From positions 1-64,000 of the forward strand of contig MU626309.1 in the NCBI GenBank assembly GCA_025603075.1: a stretch of 64,000 nucleotides of DNA, read 5' to 3'. This DNA comes from Neoconidiobolus thromboides FSU 785 (taxonomy: Eukaryota; Fungi; Entomophthoromycota). The translations under genes and the position numbers were made by a program. Shown here in pieces: positions 39,041-52,312 of this stretch. How positions within the stretch are numbered: the stretch's first letter is position 1; each line of letters opens with the position of its first letter. Under the pieces are notes generated by a model. It had not been told where the DNA came from. It did no database searches and worked only from the letters and a program-made list of their open reading frames with translations.

Positions 39041-40164
39041 AAAATATCTTTTTAGTTTAGATTGAGGCTGTCTTTTTTAATGATGGAATTCTATAGCTTT
39101 TTATTATGCGCTAAGGATGTCTTTTTATTAAGTAAATATAAAAAAGCAGGGTATAGTTAGGCTTAAATTAGTATACCGCGTTAAGTAAAATCAGGTAAAG
39201 GCTTGCAACTTCTTGCTTCAGTATTCTTTAATGATTCAAAAACTGAGAAATATAAATATTTACTTAGTTTTATAACTATTGTATTCTTATGAATTATTGT
39301 TAGACTCAACCCTTTAGCTGTTGTTATTGTTCAGTTTAAAAACATTTTGTTTAATAACCTTTTAACATAATATTAAAACAGTTTTTGAAATATAAAATAT
39401 TATTATTAGAAGATAGTGATAAGTTTGTTATAAAATAAAAATTACAGAACTTTATCATTTAATAACATTCCTTTTTTTTACTTTACTAAAAACGCTCTAA
39501 TTTAACTTATTTCTTTTGATGAAAACTAATACTAGTTTTTAACAATACTGTTATGGATTTAGACAATGATCATTAGATTTTTTTTAATTGATGATGCTAA
39601 AATATTATGATATTTAATATATCTTATTTTTTATTAAACCATATTTAAAAAAGGTGTATTTTCAGAGACCAGGTAAACAACTTTTTACGATATGCTTATA
39701 ACAAAAGAAAACATAATGCATCAGAGATAATAACCTTTACAAACAAAATAAAACTTTTACAAAACTAACAAGTTATAAGGGCACTCAGTTTATATGTAAA
39801 AAGTGAGAATTTAAAACAGCAATCTACTATTCTTTATCTTGTTTAAAATAATTTTATATTTGCTTAGAACATGTGTGAAAATGGGGTATTAAATCTTTGA
39901 TTAAAGGGGGGAAGTATTAAGCCAATTTTAACAAGTTTTTAGCTAAATTTGAAATTAAATTGTGTAAATCCTGCTTTTTAAGTCAGATAATTGGCTATAA
40001 AATATGCATGGTTATATTACAGGTTAAAACCTAGCAAAACAAATTCAAACACTTGATGATAAGAAATTTGACAATGAAATAAATAATTAGTATAAGACTG
40101 AGATAGATTTTATAACCTTTTATCTTTTTCTATCAAAAAAATTAACTTTTTAACACTTAGCAAA

Positions 40165-41460
40165 ATGGATAAATCTCCAAACAAAGGTCAAGGGCATCTA
40201 TTTGATGATGAGGAAAAGAAAATAGATAGAGAAATGGATGATAGTAATCTTTCATTTTTTGATGAATACCGAAAAACTAACCCTACTGAAAGTCCGCTGA
40301 ATGAAAGTGACAATGCAAGTGATAACAGTCCAAGCGCCCAAAGCACACCAAAGCCAAAAAGACAGAAATCAGAAAAAGCGTATAGAAGATATAATCTGAA
40401 GGATATGGATAATTTTTTTTATTTAGTAAACGAAAAACAGATGAGTATACGTGGAGCAGCTCGTAAGCTTGATATCCGTCCTGGTACTGCTAACTATTGG
40501 TATAGAAAAGGCGTTCGAGGCACAGAAATGGATGAATTTATTGAAAAAAACTTAAGCGGGGGTAATCAGAGAGCAGCCGATAAATACACAAAATTAAGTG
40601 AAAGTCATGAGGATTATATTATTTCACTTTATGACGAAAACCCATATATGGATTTAGATGACCTAGCGGAAAGTCTTGCTAATCATTTTGAAGGTTTTAA
40701 AGTTTCCAAATCTACATTGAAAGAACATCTTACTAGAAACTGCAATCTTACTTTAAGACGAGTAGATTCCAACCCAATTGAAAAAAACAGCACAACTAAT
40801 ATTGAGAAAAGATACGACTGGGCCCAAAATTGCAACAAAACGGATATAGATTTCAACACTAATTGCGTTTTTATAGATGAAGCATCATTTTATATCAATA
40901 TAAAGAATACATTTCTTTGGTCTAAAAAAAAGGGAGCTAATAGTAGAAATAAAACTAGAAATGAAAGAAAAATTGGTATTCTTGGAGCTATTAGTCCACT
41001 TGGTATCATCAACGTTCAAATAAAAACACCAAGGGTTTTACCACAATTAAAAAGCGGCGCAGAAGCAGAGAATAAGTACCAACTTGAAACGAATACTAGC
41101 CATTATATGGAATTCATTAAAAGTACTTTGGATACTTTGAGTAATCATAAACGATTCCGAGGATTCTATATAGTTATGAATAATGCTCCTGCCCATAAAC
41201 TATCGGAGATAGAAGCTTATATTAAAAAAAAAGGGTATAAATGCGCTTATTTGCCTTTGGATTCGCCAGAATTAAATCCTATGGAACCCTTTTGGTCATA
41301 TTTTAAAACCAAAGTAAGACGAGGAAAGCTTTCGGATGATGAAACAATTACTACTAGAATTAAGCAAGGCTGTAAAGATGTCGCTATAAGTGATTTGGAT
41401 GGGTTTTGTAAAGCTTCTAAATCGATGTTTAAAAATTGTTTAGAAAAAACTCCTCTCTGA
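40165..41460 (+). mobile_element. Intact Tc1/IS630-family (DD34E-type) transposase-derived ORF, 431 aa, second catalytic Asp replaced by Asn
   Basis: HTH MSIRGAARKLDIRPGTANYWYRK; CVFIDEASF; IVMNNAPAHK; 34 residues to the E of SPELNPMEPFW; no TIRs found. Confidence 0.9.
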
Positions 41461-41830
41461 TTAGAATATGGCATGTCTTTTATTAAGAGTTTTATAGTAA
41501 TAAAGCTTTTGAAGTATTTGCTTTGTAACTTCTTAAGCTATACATTTAAAACCAAGGTGGTAAGCATAGCTTTAGTTTTGCTTAACTTAATACTTGATAA
41601 TTACCATTATTATATTTTAATAAAACATTTAAAAAAATTGTTATGTTGACTAGATACTCTTTGGGTAATATATTTCAAATAATAAAGAATGTAATTTTAG
41701 ATGGTAATTAATAATAATCCTATACAAAAAGCGGGATTATTGCAACACTTTATAGTTAGTATTAGTATAAAAAATTAAATATTTTGCACAATAAATTTCG
41801 TTATTTTTTTATATTTTGCCTAAAAATAGT

Positions 41831-41926
41831 TGGGATGTATTTTTGTGCAAGAATTTTACTAACAAATTTTCCGCTTAAATAATGCTTAAAAAACCGAAAA
41901 AGTAATGAAGTCGAAAAAACACTCCC
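41831..41926 (-). mobile_element. ~98-bp MITE, copy 5
   Basis: TGGGATGTATTTTTGTG..AAGAATTTTACTAACAAATTTTCCGCTTAAAT...AAAAAACACTCCC. Confidence 0.85.
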
Positions 41927-42014
41927 AATTTTATATTTTAAAAGATGGGGCAAATAAGGGGTAGAATCCTTTGGTTAAGATCATAATGCACAACTTTCAT
42001 AAGATTTTAGTCAA

Positions 42015-42450
42015 ATCTAAAATGGGGATTTATAATCTGCGGTTTTTTAATCAATCAAACCAAAGATTATAGGTTAAAGTCTAATAAACAAATTTAAACA
42101 CTTAATGATAAGAACTTGACAAAATATGTAAAATAATGTGTAAAAAGGAATAAAAGAAGAGATTAAGTTTTAGATTTATCATTTTTCTTATAAAATAATA
42201 ACAAGCTGGTTTTTATAAAAAAAATAAAAATAAAAATATCTTTTTACAATAACCAAGGGAATATATTTAATAAAGAAGAACGGATAGTAGGTAATCAAAT
42301 GAAAAATAATAAATTTCACTCTTTGATGAATACAGAAGCCAACCCTGTTGAAATTCCATCAAATACAAAGAGTATTTTAGATAATAATCCAAACATCGAA
42401 AGTACACTAAAAGCAATTGAAAGCTATAAAGACATAGACAGAAAGAAAGT
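42015..42450 (+). pseudogene. Third, 5'-only degenerate copy of the Tc1-like unit (upstream region plus start of ORF)
   Basis: AGGTTAAA..AAACAAATT.AAACACTT.ATGATAAGAA.TTGACAA matches ~40021-40075; TTTGATGAATAC..AACCCT..TGAAA matches ~40258-40292. Confidence 0.7.
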
Positions 42451-42563
42451 GTTGCTAAAAAATCTAATAAGCATATAAAATGGATTTTTTATTTATATTA
42501 TTTTTTATTTTATGGATATCAATTTCTTATTTAACTTACTGTCTATTTATTTATTTTATATAC

Positions 42564-42661
42564 TGGGGTGTTTTTGTGGCTTCATTACTTTTCTATCTTT
42601 TAAGCACTATTTAAGTAAAAAAAATTGCTAGTAAAATTCTTAAGTACAAAAATACATCCCC
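42564..42661 (+). mobile_element. ~98-bp MITE, copy 6
   Basis: TGGGGTGTTTTT...AAAAATACATCCCC; flanks ATAC/ATAT. Confidence 0.85.
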
Positions 42662-42769
42662 ATATGTATTAATTTTCTTAAATAATAATATATAATAGAT
42701 TCTCACAAGGTTTAACATAATGTCAAACAAGTATTATTTTGACTATTTTTTATTTATATCAATTCATAT

Positions 42770-42859
42770 GGAGATGTATCCTTTTGGTTAATAATTTTAC
42801 CTCTCAAATTGTACTCAAAGAAAGGAAAAAACGATGAAATTAAAAAAAAAAACATTAGC
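42770..42859 (-). mobile_element. MITE copy 7a (degenerate)
   Basis: GGAGATGTATCC..AATTTTAC..CTCAAAT..GGAAAAAACGATGAAATTAAAAAAAAAAACAT; flanks ATAT/ACAT. Confidence 0.7.
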
Positions 42860-42863
42860 ACAT

Positions 42864-42973
42864 GGGGATGTATTTTTGTGTTTAAGAATTTTACTAATAG
42901 CTTTCCCACTTTTTAAGCGCTATTTGAATAGAAAGATTGTTAGTAAAATTCTTAAACACAAAAATACATCCTC
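42864..42973 (+). mobile_element. MITE copy 7b, chimaeric variant with 34-bp TIRs
   Basis: GGGGATGTATTTTTGTGTTTAAGAATTTTACTAA ... TTAGTAAAATTCTTAAACACAAAAATACATCCTC (33/34 complementary); flanks ACAT/ATAT. Confidence 0.88.
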
Positions 42974-43935
42974 ATATGTTAAAAGGTATTAGTAATTTCT
43001 AGAATAGAAATAAATCAAATTATTGAATTTTATTAATTAGACGAACGGATGATTTGATTTTTAAATTGTCCAAAAATTAAAATGGAAGATTAGATTATCA
43101 AGGTTATTTTAAAATTACAATTAAAATGTATGGTTTGATGATAGAACTTTCAAATAATTACAAAAATTAATAGAAATCATTTTTAAAACTTAAAAGGTCT
43201 TTTATACAGTTTTATTTTAAATAAGCTGAATTCCTTAATTAAACAACAAAATTTCATAATATCTCAAATAACTTTTAATGTCTCTAAGTTTTTAATAAAA
43301 GTATATCCGAAAAAATTAATTTTTAAATTTAAAGCATTTAATAAATTAACACATTTCTAATAAGGAATAAATAAACCCTGGGAGTAAACTTAAATTAAAA
43401 AATTCACTTCAATAAAAATAATAGGAATTGAAAGTATAAATGATTGGCTACTATTTGATGTAACTTAATAATTGAATGATATTGGGGTGACTTTTAACAG
43501 AATAATTCTTGTTTATTATTCATTGGTTAATTTTAAAAAGTTGAAATTTATTAATAAAATCTAAAGTGTTATAAAAAAAAGGTTGGAGATATTTCAAAAA
43601 TTAATAGTTTATAATACAATAATAATTATTATTATTATTATTATTACAACTATATATTATTATTATAATATAACAACTTATTTATTCAGTTTGGATATTA
43701 ATATAAATTAAACATTGAATTAAAATAACAATATCAACGTCATTGTTTTATGCAATAATATAATAATTGAATCATAATAGAATGGAAATTTTAAGTTCAA
43801 ATCAAATAATGAACAAATCAATAAGTGATATTCTCAAAATTACAACAGAAGTTTAAATAAAATAAAACTCAAAGCTATAAAAGGGCATTAAAACTAATGT
43901 TAAAAAATAATTTTATATTTAAAATTTTTTCAAGA

Positions 43936-45923
43936 ATGGGTAACAATACTACTACTACTAATATTAAAGTGGATCAAAATATTCTAAATCAAACTGCTCG
44001 TACTCCTTATTGGAATAATGGTAAATATTATATTGTATAGCAATAATATATTAGAATATTTTAATATTAATATTTTAATAATTAGGTAGTGCATATAGTA
44101 AAGCAGATAGAAATAAATTTGGATTAAATGGGCTTATACCTTCTGCTATCGAAGACATTGAAATCCAAAAACAACGAGCTTTATTAAATCTCCGAAGAAA
44201 AGAAGATCCCTTAGAAAAATATATATTTTTAGCTAACTTAAGAAATACAAATGTTCATTTATTTTATTCTTTAATATTAGATAATTTTAAAGAAATTACA
44301 CCTTTAATTTATACTCCTGTAGTTGGTCAAGCATGCCAAGAATATTCAAATATTCAACCCTTTTTAGGTTCTATTGGAAATCCTGATGGTTTATTTATAT
44401 CTTTAAATCAATTAGATCAATTAGATGAATTATTAGACAATTATAAGAATGCATTACCTTATCCTCATTCTAATCCAGAAATTGCTGTAATTACTGATGG
44501 TTCTAGAATTTTAGGTTTGGGAGATTTAGGAATGAATGGAATGGGTATTCCTGTTGGTAAATTACAACTTTATGTTGGAGCTGCTGGTGTTAATCCAAGT
44601 AAAACTTTACCAATTACTTTGGATTTTGGTACAAATACGAAACAAATTAGAGATGATCCTTTATATATGGGTTTACGTCAAGAACGCCCTAATGATGATA
44701 AAGTAAGTTGTATAATATAATAATAGTAATAACATAATAATAACATAATAATAACATAATAATAACATATTTATTAATACTATTTTTAATTTATAGTTTT
44801 ATGATTCAGTTGATAAAGTATTAACTGCTATTAAAACTAAATTCCCTGGTATTTTAATTCAATTTGAAGATTTTTCATCAGATCATGCATTTGGTTTATT
44901 AGATAAATATAGAAATGACTTATTTTGTTTTAATGATGATATTCAAGGAACTGGAGCAGTTATATTATCTGGATTTATTAATGCAGTTAAAGTATCTAAA
45001 GTATCAGCAAAAGATCATAAAATTGTATTTCTAGGAGCAGGTAGTGCAGGTATTGGAGTAGCAAGACAAATTATGGATTATTTTATTATTGATGGTAAAA
45101 TGAGTGAAGAAGAAGCTAAACAAAAGTTTTGGTTAATTGATTCTAAGGGTTTAATTACAATGGATCGTGGGGACAAATTATCAAATCAAAAACAATTTTT
45201 TGCTAGAAAAGATAATAATAATCAACAATTTAAAAATGTAGAACAAGTAGTAGATTATGTTAAACCTACTGTTTTAATTGGTTTAAGTTCAATTTCCAAA
45301 GCTTTTAATGAAAATGTAACTTGTTATGATATAATATAATATAATATAATATATATTAATATTGATTTATTTAGGTATTAAAAAAGATGGCCAAATATAA
45401 TGAAAAACCGATTGTATTTCCATTATCTAACCCAGCTACTAATGCTGAATGTTCTTTTGAAGAAGCCATGAAAGCCACCGATTCTAGAGTAATTTTTGCT
45501 TCAGGTACTGCTTTCCCAGAATATAAAGATGATAAAGATAATAAAGTATATCATCCTGGGCAAGGAAATAATATGTATATTTTCCCAGGACTTGGATTAG
45601 GAGCTATTTTATGCAAAGCAGGAATAGTAACTGATACCATGATTTATGCAGCAGCCTCTAGTTTAGCTAATTCTTTAAATGAAGAAGAAAAGAAACAAAA
45701 TTGGTTATATCCAGATCTAAAACGTATACGTGAAGTATCAGCTATTGTAGCTGCAGCTACTATAAATCAAGCTTATAAAGAAAATTTAATTGAAATTAAA
45801 GAATTAAAAGAGATTGGTGATGATTTAGAAAAATTAACTCAATTAGTTCAAAAAAATATGTGGAATCCTAATTTTGTTGAACCAAGTCATCAAGCTATTA
45901 ATCATCAAGCTTCTCATTTATAA
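43936..45923 (+). CDS. Malic enzyme (multi-exon)
   Basis: LIYTPVVGQACQEYS, VITDGSRILGLGDLG, GIPVGKLQLY, IQFEDFS, FNDDIQGTG, GAGSAGIG, FPLSNP, GQGNNMYIFPGLGLG. Confidence 0.92.
44729..44766. repeat. Short tandem repeat (AATAACATAAT)-type in a malic enzyme intron
   Basis: aataacataat unit repeated about 3.5 times. Confidence 0.8.
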
Positions 45924-46089
45924 ACTTATAATAAAGTCAATAAAAATAATATTAATTTAAATCTATTATTTATTATTATTATTTATTGAAATTCAAATAT
46001 TTATAAATTCAATTTTATTTTTAATTCTATAAGTGAAGGGAAGGGAGAAAGAGGGAGAGATAAAGATAATAATCTATTTGATTTTAATA

Positions 46090-46547
46090 TTAAGTAAATA
46101 AACAAAGTTTACCATCTGAACCGGAAGAAAGAATCCAAGGTTGATAAGGATGAAATTGAACATTTAAGATACCTAAATCGTCTTGAATTTGATGACCTCT
46201 TAATATTTTAACAGGAACAATTAATGGATTTTGTAATAAATCATTATAAACCATTCCATGGAATACTTGAATTGATCCATCATCAGAACATGAAGCAAAT
46301 AAGGGATATCTTTTATGATAACTTACAGAACGTATAGCTTCTTTATGAAATCTATAATAATATTAATATTAATATTAATAACATTTTATATAAAATATTA
46401 ATTAATTAATTTCAATTATTTTATTTACCTTAATGTTTTATATGGTTTAGATGATAAATCCAAATCAAACCAATTTAATCTTCTATCATAACTACCAACA
46501 ATTACGTTATCACCTAATTAATAATAAATAAATAAATAAATAACATA

Positions 46548-46608
<61 letters not shown>

Positions 46609-49101
46609 TTGAGGATGAACATCTAAAGAAGAAATCCATTGAGAACCCGAAATTAATCTTTTTTCTAATTTTTGTAATTGAAGGTTATATAATCTTACAT
46701 AACGTTGAGTCTAATAATATAATAATTAATTAATTAATAATCTCATCTTTTTATATTAAAATAAATTTAATTTATCTTAACTTACTGCTATTAAAAATAT
46801 AGGTTTTGTTGGATGAAATAATACACTTTGAATACTACCACTTAATTTACGGAACGGTTTTTGAGTTTGTTGTTTACTTAATTGATGAATCATTATTACA
46901 TTATTGGAATCTAATAATTAAATTTGAATTTAATTATTATTAATTAATTATTATTTATTAAGAAAATATTACCTTTTGGTGCTATTGTAGCAAAATAATC
47001 TCCTTTACGATGCCATACCACTTGCTTAACTGTATGATTATGACCAAGAGTTAATAAGATACCATCTAATTTCTCTTCATTACTACATTTCTTCCATTCA
47101 CCTACATCTAATTATATTAATTAATACATTATATTATTACTTATTATATTAAATTTACTCTCTTTATTTTTACTCATTCTACTTTCAATACCCATATTGA
47201 TAATATTTTCAGTGTTTACAACTGTAATTTCATCAGTTACATCTTTTGGACAAATGAGTAAAGCTTTATCTTCACTAAAAAATAAAACAAAATATTAATT
47301 ACATTTTAGCTTCTTGAAAAATTAAAAACTTACCAAGTAACAGCAATTAAACAAATTTCTGGATTAGGATTCCAAGCAACAGAATAAATAATTCCAGATA
47401 ATTTGATACTTTGTAAACAACGACCTGTATTAATTTCCCAAATTTTAACTGTAAAATCATCCGATCCAGAAGCCATATAAAGACCTGTAGGATCAATAGA
47501 AAAGGAACGAACTTTATCTTTATGTCCATTAAAAACAATAGATAATTTAGTTGGGAAGGGTTGTAATTCTTTTGGATCTGGTAATTTAGGAATCAAAGAT
47601 TCAGGATCAATGTCCATCTATTATAAAATAACAGATGTTTTTAGTATATTATTTAAATTAATATTAAATAAACTTACTTTATTTTTACGAACACGTGGAT
47701 TTAAATAAAGATCTAAACATCTTCTGAATGTTTCTTGATAATTTCTTTGATAAGCAGGTACAGATCTTAAGTTAGGGTATCTAAATAAAATATATTAATT
47801 AATCTTTTTTTTTCTTTGAATTTTTTTTCATTTTGTTTTACTTTTTAGGAATAAAATCCAATTTTCTATAATTTACATCTGTTTTTTCCCATTCTTTAAT
47901 CTCTTCTTCTGTCATTAAATATTCTTCAGGTGGATTATAAGATTCTGCATTGCCTGGTAAGGCTTTCTTTGGTGGTGGTATATAATGTGAATTGATATTG
48001 TTATTTTCTGAATTCTCCCAAATATCATAGTATTCTTTTTTCGCACTCTTTGGTCGATGACCAATAATTTTACCTTCTCTAATAGCATGTACTAATTGCA
48101 TGACCTAAAATATAAAACATTAATTTCTATAACTTGGATAAACATTTAAAATAAATTTAATTGATTTACTTTTTTATGTTCACTTTTAGATGGAATAAAT
48201 CTTCTTTTTGGCTCATTTTTACCAGAAAGTGGAGTTTGTCTAACTCTGCTAGTAAAATATTCCACTGTATCTGGATATGGATCATAACTTTCCTCTCCAA
48301 ATTTACCTTGAGTAATACGTTGAATTATTTGTAATTCTTCATCAGTTAATCGAATATCTTTTTGTTCTAAGTTGTCTTTAACCGTTTTCCTATAATTATT
48401 TATAAATTAATCCTTTTTTTGTTAATTCTAAGGGGAAAATATAATTACCAAGAATCGGGATCATCCATATTATCTAAAAACTTATCCAACTCGTCTCCTT
48501 TGGCTGGTTTATATACTCTTTTACCATCAACATCGTATCCAATATGAGGATAATCATCATACCAATGCATAGGTACATTACCTGTGGTATTAGTAGTCTA
48601 TAGTAAAATAAATAGACATAGTTAATAAAATTATTATATGATGATAATTCTATTTTTACCTCTTCAGTAGAAGAATCTGAATCATATTTAGGCTCAATTT
48701 CAGGTAATTTAGCCATTGGATAAGCACTAGCTTTTGGTTGATATTCACTTTGAATTCTATTATGAATTTAATTAATAATAATACCTTATTTAAATCAATT
48801 ATCAAAAAGATACTTACTCTAAGTCACTATTTTCTTGTTCGGAAAGTTCAGTATCTGAACTTGGAAATTCTTCTAACTCTTCATCATTTTCTTCAGTATA
48901 TTTAAAAATTTCATCTCCATCTAAAGTTTCTGTTTCACTATCTTTATCACTATCATATTCTGGAAAATCCATCTCAGGTCCATCTTCTAATTCAGAAGAG
49001 TCATCTCCAGATGGGGCATCATCGTTGATCACTAAATTTTTAATATCTAATTCAGAATCACTATCTTCACTATGTTTTCGAATATTTTTATTGTTAGCCA
49101 T
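46090..49101 (-). CDS. ERB1: Ribosome biogenesis WD40 protein ERB1/BOP1 (multi-exon)
   Basis: Acidic N-terminus, [97 protein letters not shown]. Confidence 0.92.
46548..46606. repeat. (ATT)n intronic microsatellite in ERB1
   Basis: uninterrupted attattatt run of about 19 units. Confidence 0.9.
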
Positions 49102-49581
49102 TGGTAAAAATGTGTTTTTAATAAGTTGAATTTCGAGAAAATCGAGTTAGACTTTAAGATTTCAATTTTTTTTGATACTTGAGATTGGACCAATTACTGG
49201 AATAGTTTTATGGGTAAGGTTCTTTTGGGTTGAGATAAAAATTTTAATTAAATAAATTTGCAAAAAAAACTATAATACCGAAGTAGATAATACTCAATTA
49301 ATTTGATCATAAGAATGTTATAGTTGATAGATCTATTATATTGAAGATTTAAAGCCAAATTCTAGGGTTTTAAGGTTTAAAATTTAGTTTGATCTGTTAC
49401 CATTCAAAAAATAGTATTTTATTTTCAACAAAACTATTAAATCCTTTATAATTTTTGGATTTAAGTAAATTTTGGAACTGTAACTTTAAATTAAGACAAC
49501 TATTTTGTGCAATAAAGTATTTATTAAAAAAAACTAAGGAAAATAAGTTAAGCTTACGTTCTCCAATTTTAAAATCAATTT

Positions 49582-51054
49582 ATGATCAACGATAAAAAAA
49601 AAGAATCAAAGGGAACTCAAGAACAAATGAGTACTTCACAAACTGAAAAATCAGAAATAATTTATGAAAATAATGGGGATAAGGATCCTAAATTTCGGCC
49701 CTTTAATTTAGATTTATTGATAAGATTACTTAAAGTCTCTTTATTCCATTATTCTTTTGGCTTAATACTATTATCTTCAATGAAACAATTATTTACTTTT
49801 AGTTTATCAATTTATAACCCATTCGTTTTTTTTTGTTTATTTCAATCCTTAATAGCAGCTATCTATCAATTGATTATCTCGTATTTGGATTATCAGTTTA
49901 AAAAGAAGAAGGTGATTGAACAATGGTCAGAGCAAGTTATCGTTATTACAGGTGGTAAGTGAAATTTCATTATTAATAGTATTTAATTGATTAATTATAT
50001 ATATATTATAAAACAAAAGGAGCCAATGGTTTTGGTTGGTTGTTAGCTCAATGCTTTGTACAAAGGTTTGCTACTGTAATTGTTTTAGATATTTTAGAAC
50101 CAGCTAATCCACAAGGTGAGTCAATATATATAAAATTAGCTTTATTTCTAAATCTTATTTTAAAATTTTAGCTGGTATTTACTTTCATAAATGTGATGTT
50201 ACAGATTATAAACAAGTTGAAAAAGTATTGAAGGAGATAAAAGAAGAAGTGAGTTTTACATTTATTATTATTCGATAGAATTAAATAAAACCCATAAAGT
50301 TTGGTGTACCTACTATATTAATCAATAATGCTGGCATTATTCAACCAAAATTACTAGTAGATTCCGATATTAAAGATATTGAAAGGTAAAATTAATGCTG
50401 TAAAAGAAATAATTGTTACTTACTAAAATACTCATTTTTAGAACTTTAAATGTTAATTTATTATCCAATTTTTACACTACAAAAATTGTGTTACCTTGGA
50501 TGCTACAAGAAAATTTTGGCCATATTGTAACTTATATTCATTAATTTATAAATTGATTTTTTATAGTTATTATCTAGGTTACTATTTCTTCAATTTTGGG
50601 CCATACTAGTCCAGCTCAAGCAAGTAATTTTTATTATCAATATTACTATTTTAAATTTTAACACTTTATAGCTGCTTATGCTGCCTCGAAAGCTGGTTTA
50701 ATAGCCTTCCACGAATCTTTAACCCAAGAATTAACTACTTCATATTCAGACAAATCCATTAAAACATTATTATTAGTCCCTGGACAAATGGATACTGGAA
50801 TGTTTAATGGAGTTGAACAAAAATACCCTTTTTTATTTCCAATGACCGATTCTTTAGAATTAATTGAGAAATTATTCTTGTATTTAGAATATCACCATAA
50901 TGGCGAAATCTATGCTCCATTTTACACTAATTTGGGACCATTAGCTCGTTGTTTTCCTTTATCCTTTAGATCATGGGTTTATACTTTTACAGGGGCTAAT
51001 TGTTCATTGAATAATTGGATGGGTCATTTAAGAGATAAAAATAAAGTAGAATAA
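49582..51054 (+). CDS. Short-chain dehydrogenase/reductase (retinol-dehydrogenase/17-beta-HSD11-like, membrane anchored)
   Basis: VIVITGGANGFG, CDVTD, INNAGI, YAASKAG, VPGQMDTGMF; N-terminal hydrophobic segments. Confidence 0.85.
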
Positions 51055-51081
51055 TAACTTAATAAAATAAATTTTATTTTA

Positions 51082-52189
51082 TTATTCTTTTTCATCTTCA
51101 CTATCTAAACCAAATGATAATGCTACTTTAGCTGCTAATTTTCTCCTCTCTTCAAATGATAAATTGGAAGCATGGTCTTTAAATAACAAATTATTAACTT
51201 TAATAATGACTTCAATTATTTTAACTACCTTTTAATGATTTTAATGTATTTAATGTATTATCAAAATCATCTTTATTTTTAAATACTTTATTATTAAACT
51301 CTTTCACTTCTTCTTCTGTGGGTATATCACCTAATTTTTTATTACTTTTTTTACTTATATAATATAGAATTCTATTACAATCTTGCTCAAATAACTCATC
51401 AAATGCATTGATGTCATTTTCTTTCGTTTCTTCTATAAAATGTTAAAATCAGTTTATTATTTTTATATAGTAATACTATTTTACTTTTATTATCAATCTT
51501 AACTAAACCATTCCAAGGATGAGCGTTTAATGCTTCTAATATACGTGGTATACCTTCTTTGTCATAGCCATCTGTATAATAATACATATTTATATAGAAA
51601 ATACAATAAAATAAAAATGTTACCATCATTTTCTTCGTTTAAATTAACAAACTCGAACTCATTTTCAATACACCAATCTAATACCAAATCAATTTTACTT
51701 TCATTTTGAATTTGATTTCCATTTTCTTTTAATAAAATACAAAATTTTATTTCAATTGAATAAGATTTCCAACATTCATTAAGCAATTTTAAATCTTTTA
51801 ATGTTTGTTCCTGATCCAAGTGGTTAATTTCCATTTTATTTATTTATTTATAATTTATTATTACTTCATTCCCATACTTGTACACAAATAAAAAGGCATC
51901 AAGGTATCTTCCAATATCTTTAAAGCCATCTAATATTGAATTATCTAAGTTTTCTATTATTGTATCGTTCCAAATGGATAAATCAACTGTGAAATATTTA
52001 TTCGTTAAGTTAAATGGTATTATTGGGTTATCAATATCTAAACTAATGTGTTGATTTGATAAATCATATAGATCTAAAATAAAATAAATATTTCTTTATT
52101 TGATCATTCAATATTTTATTACTTTTTATTATCTCTTCTTTTTTTTCTTTTTCTCTTCCTAATATTAATATCTTATTTTTAACTTCCAT
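51082..52189 (-). CDS. IRC6: Alpha/gamma-adaptin-binding protein p34 (AAGAB/Irc6)
   Basis: MEVKNKILILG, NKYFTVDL, DAFLFVY, WCIENEFEFV, EGIPRILEALNAHPW, DINAFDELF, ERREKLAAKV. Confidence 0.8.
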
Positions 52190-52312
52190 TTAAAATTTAA
52201 AATAAATAAAAAACTACAAAACATTAAAAAATTAGTAATTTAAGCTAACCAATTAGTCATCAATTTATTCACTACAACTTAAAAAATCTTCAAATTTTCA
52301 TTATTTATTTTT

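Noticed and set aside
40165-41460. Tc1-like ORF as the mobiliser of the 98-bp MITE
   Set aside because: Tc1/IS630 enzymes duplicate TA, whereas the MITE flanks indicate 4-bp ANNT, and this ORF lacks the second catalytic Asp
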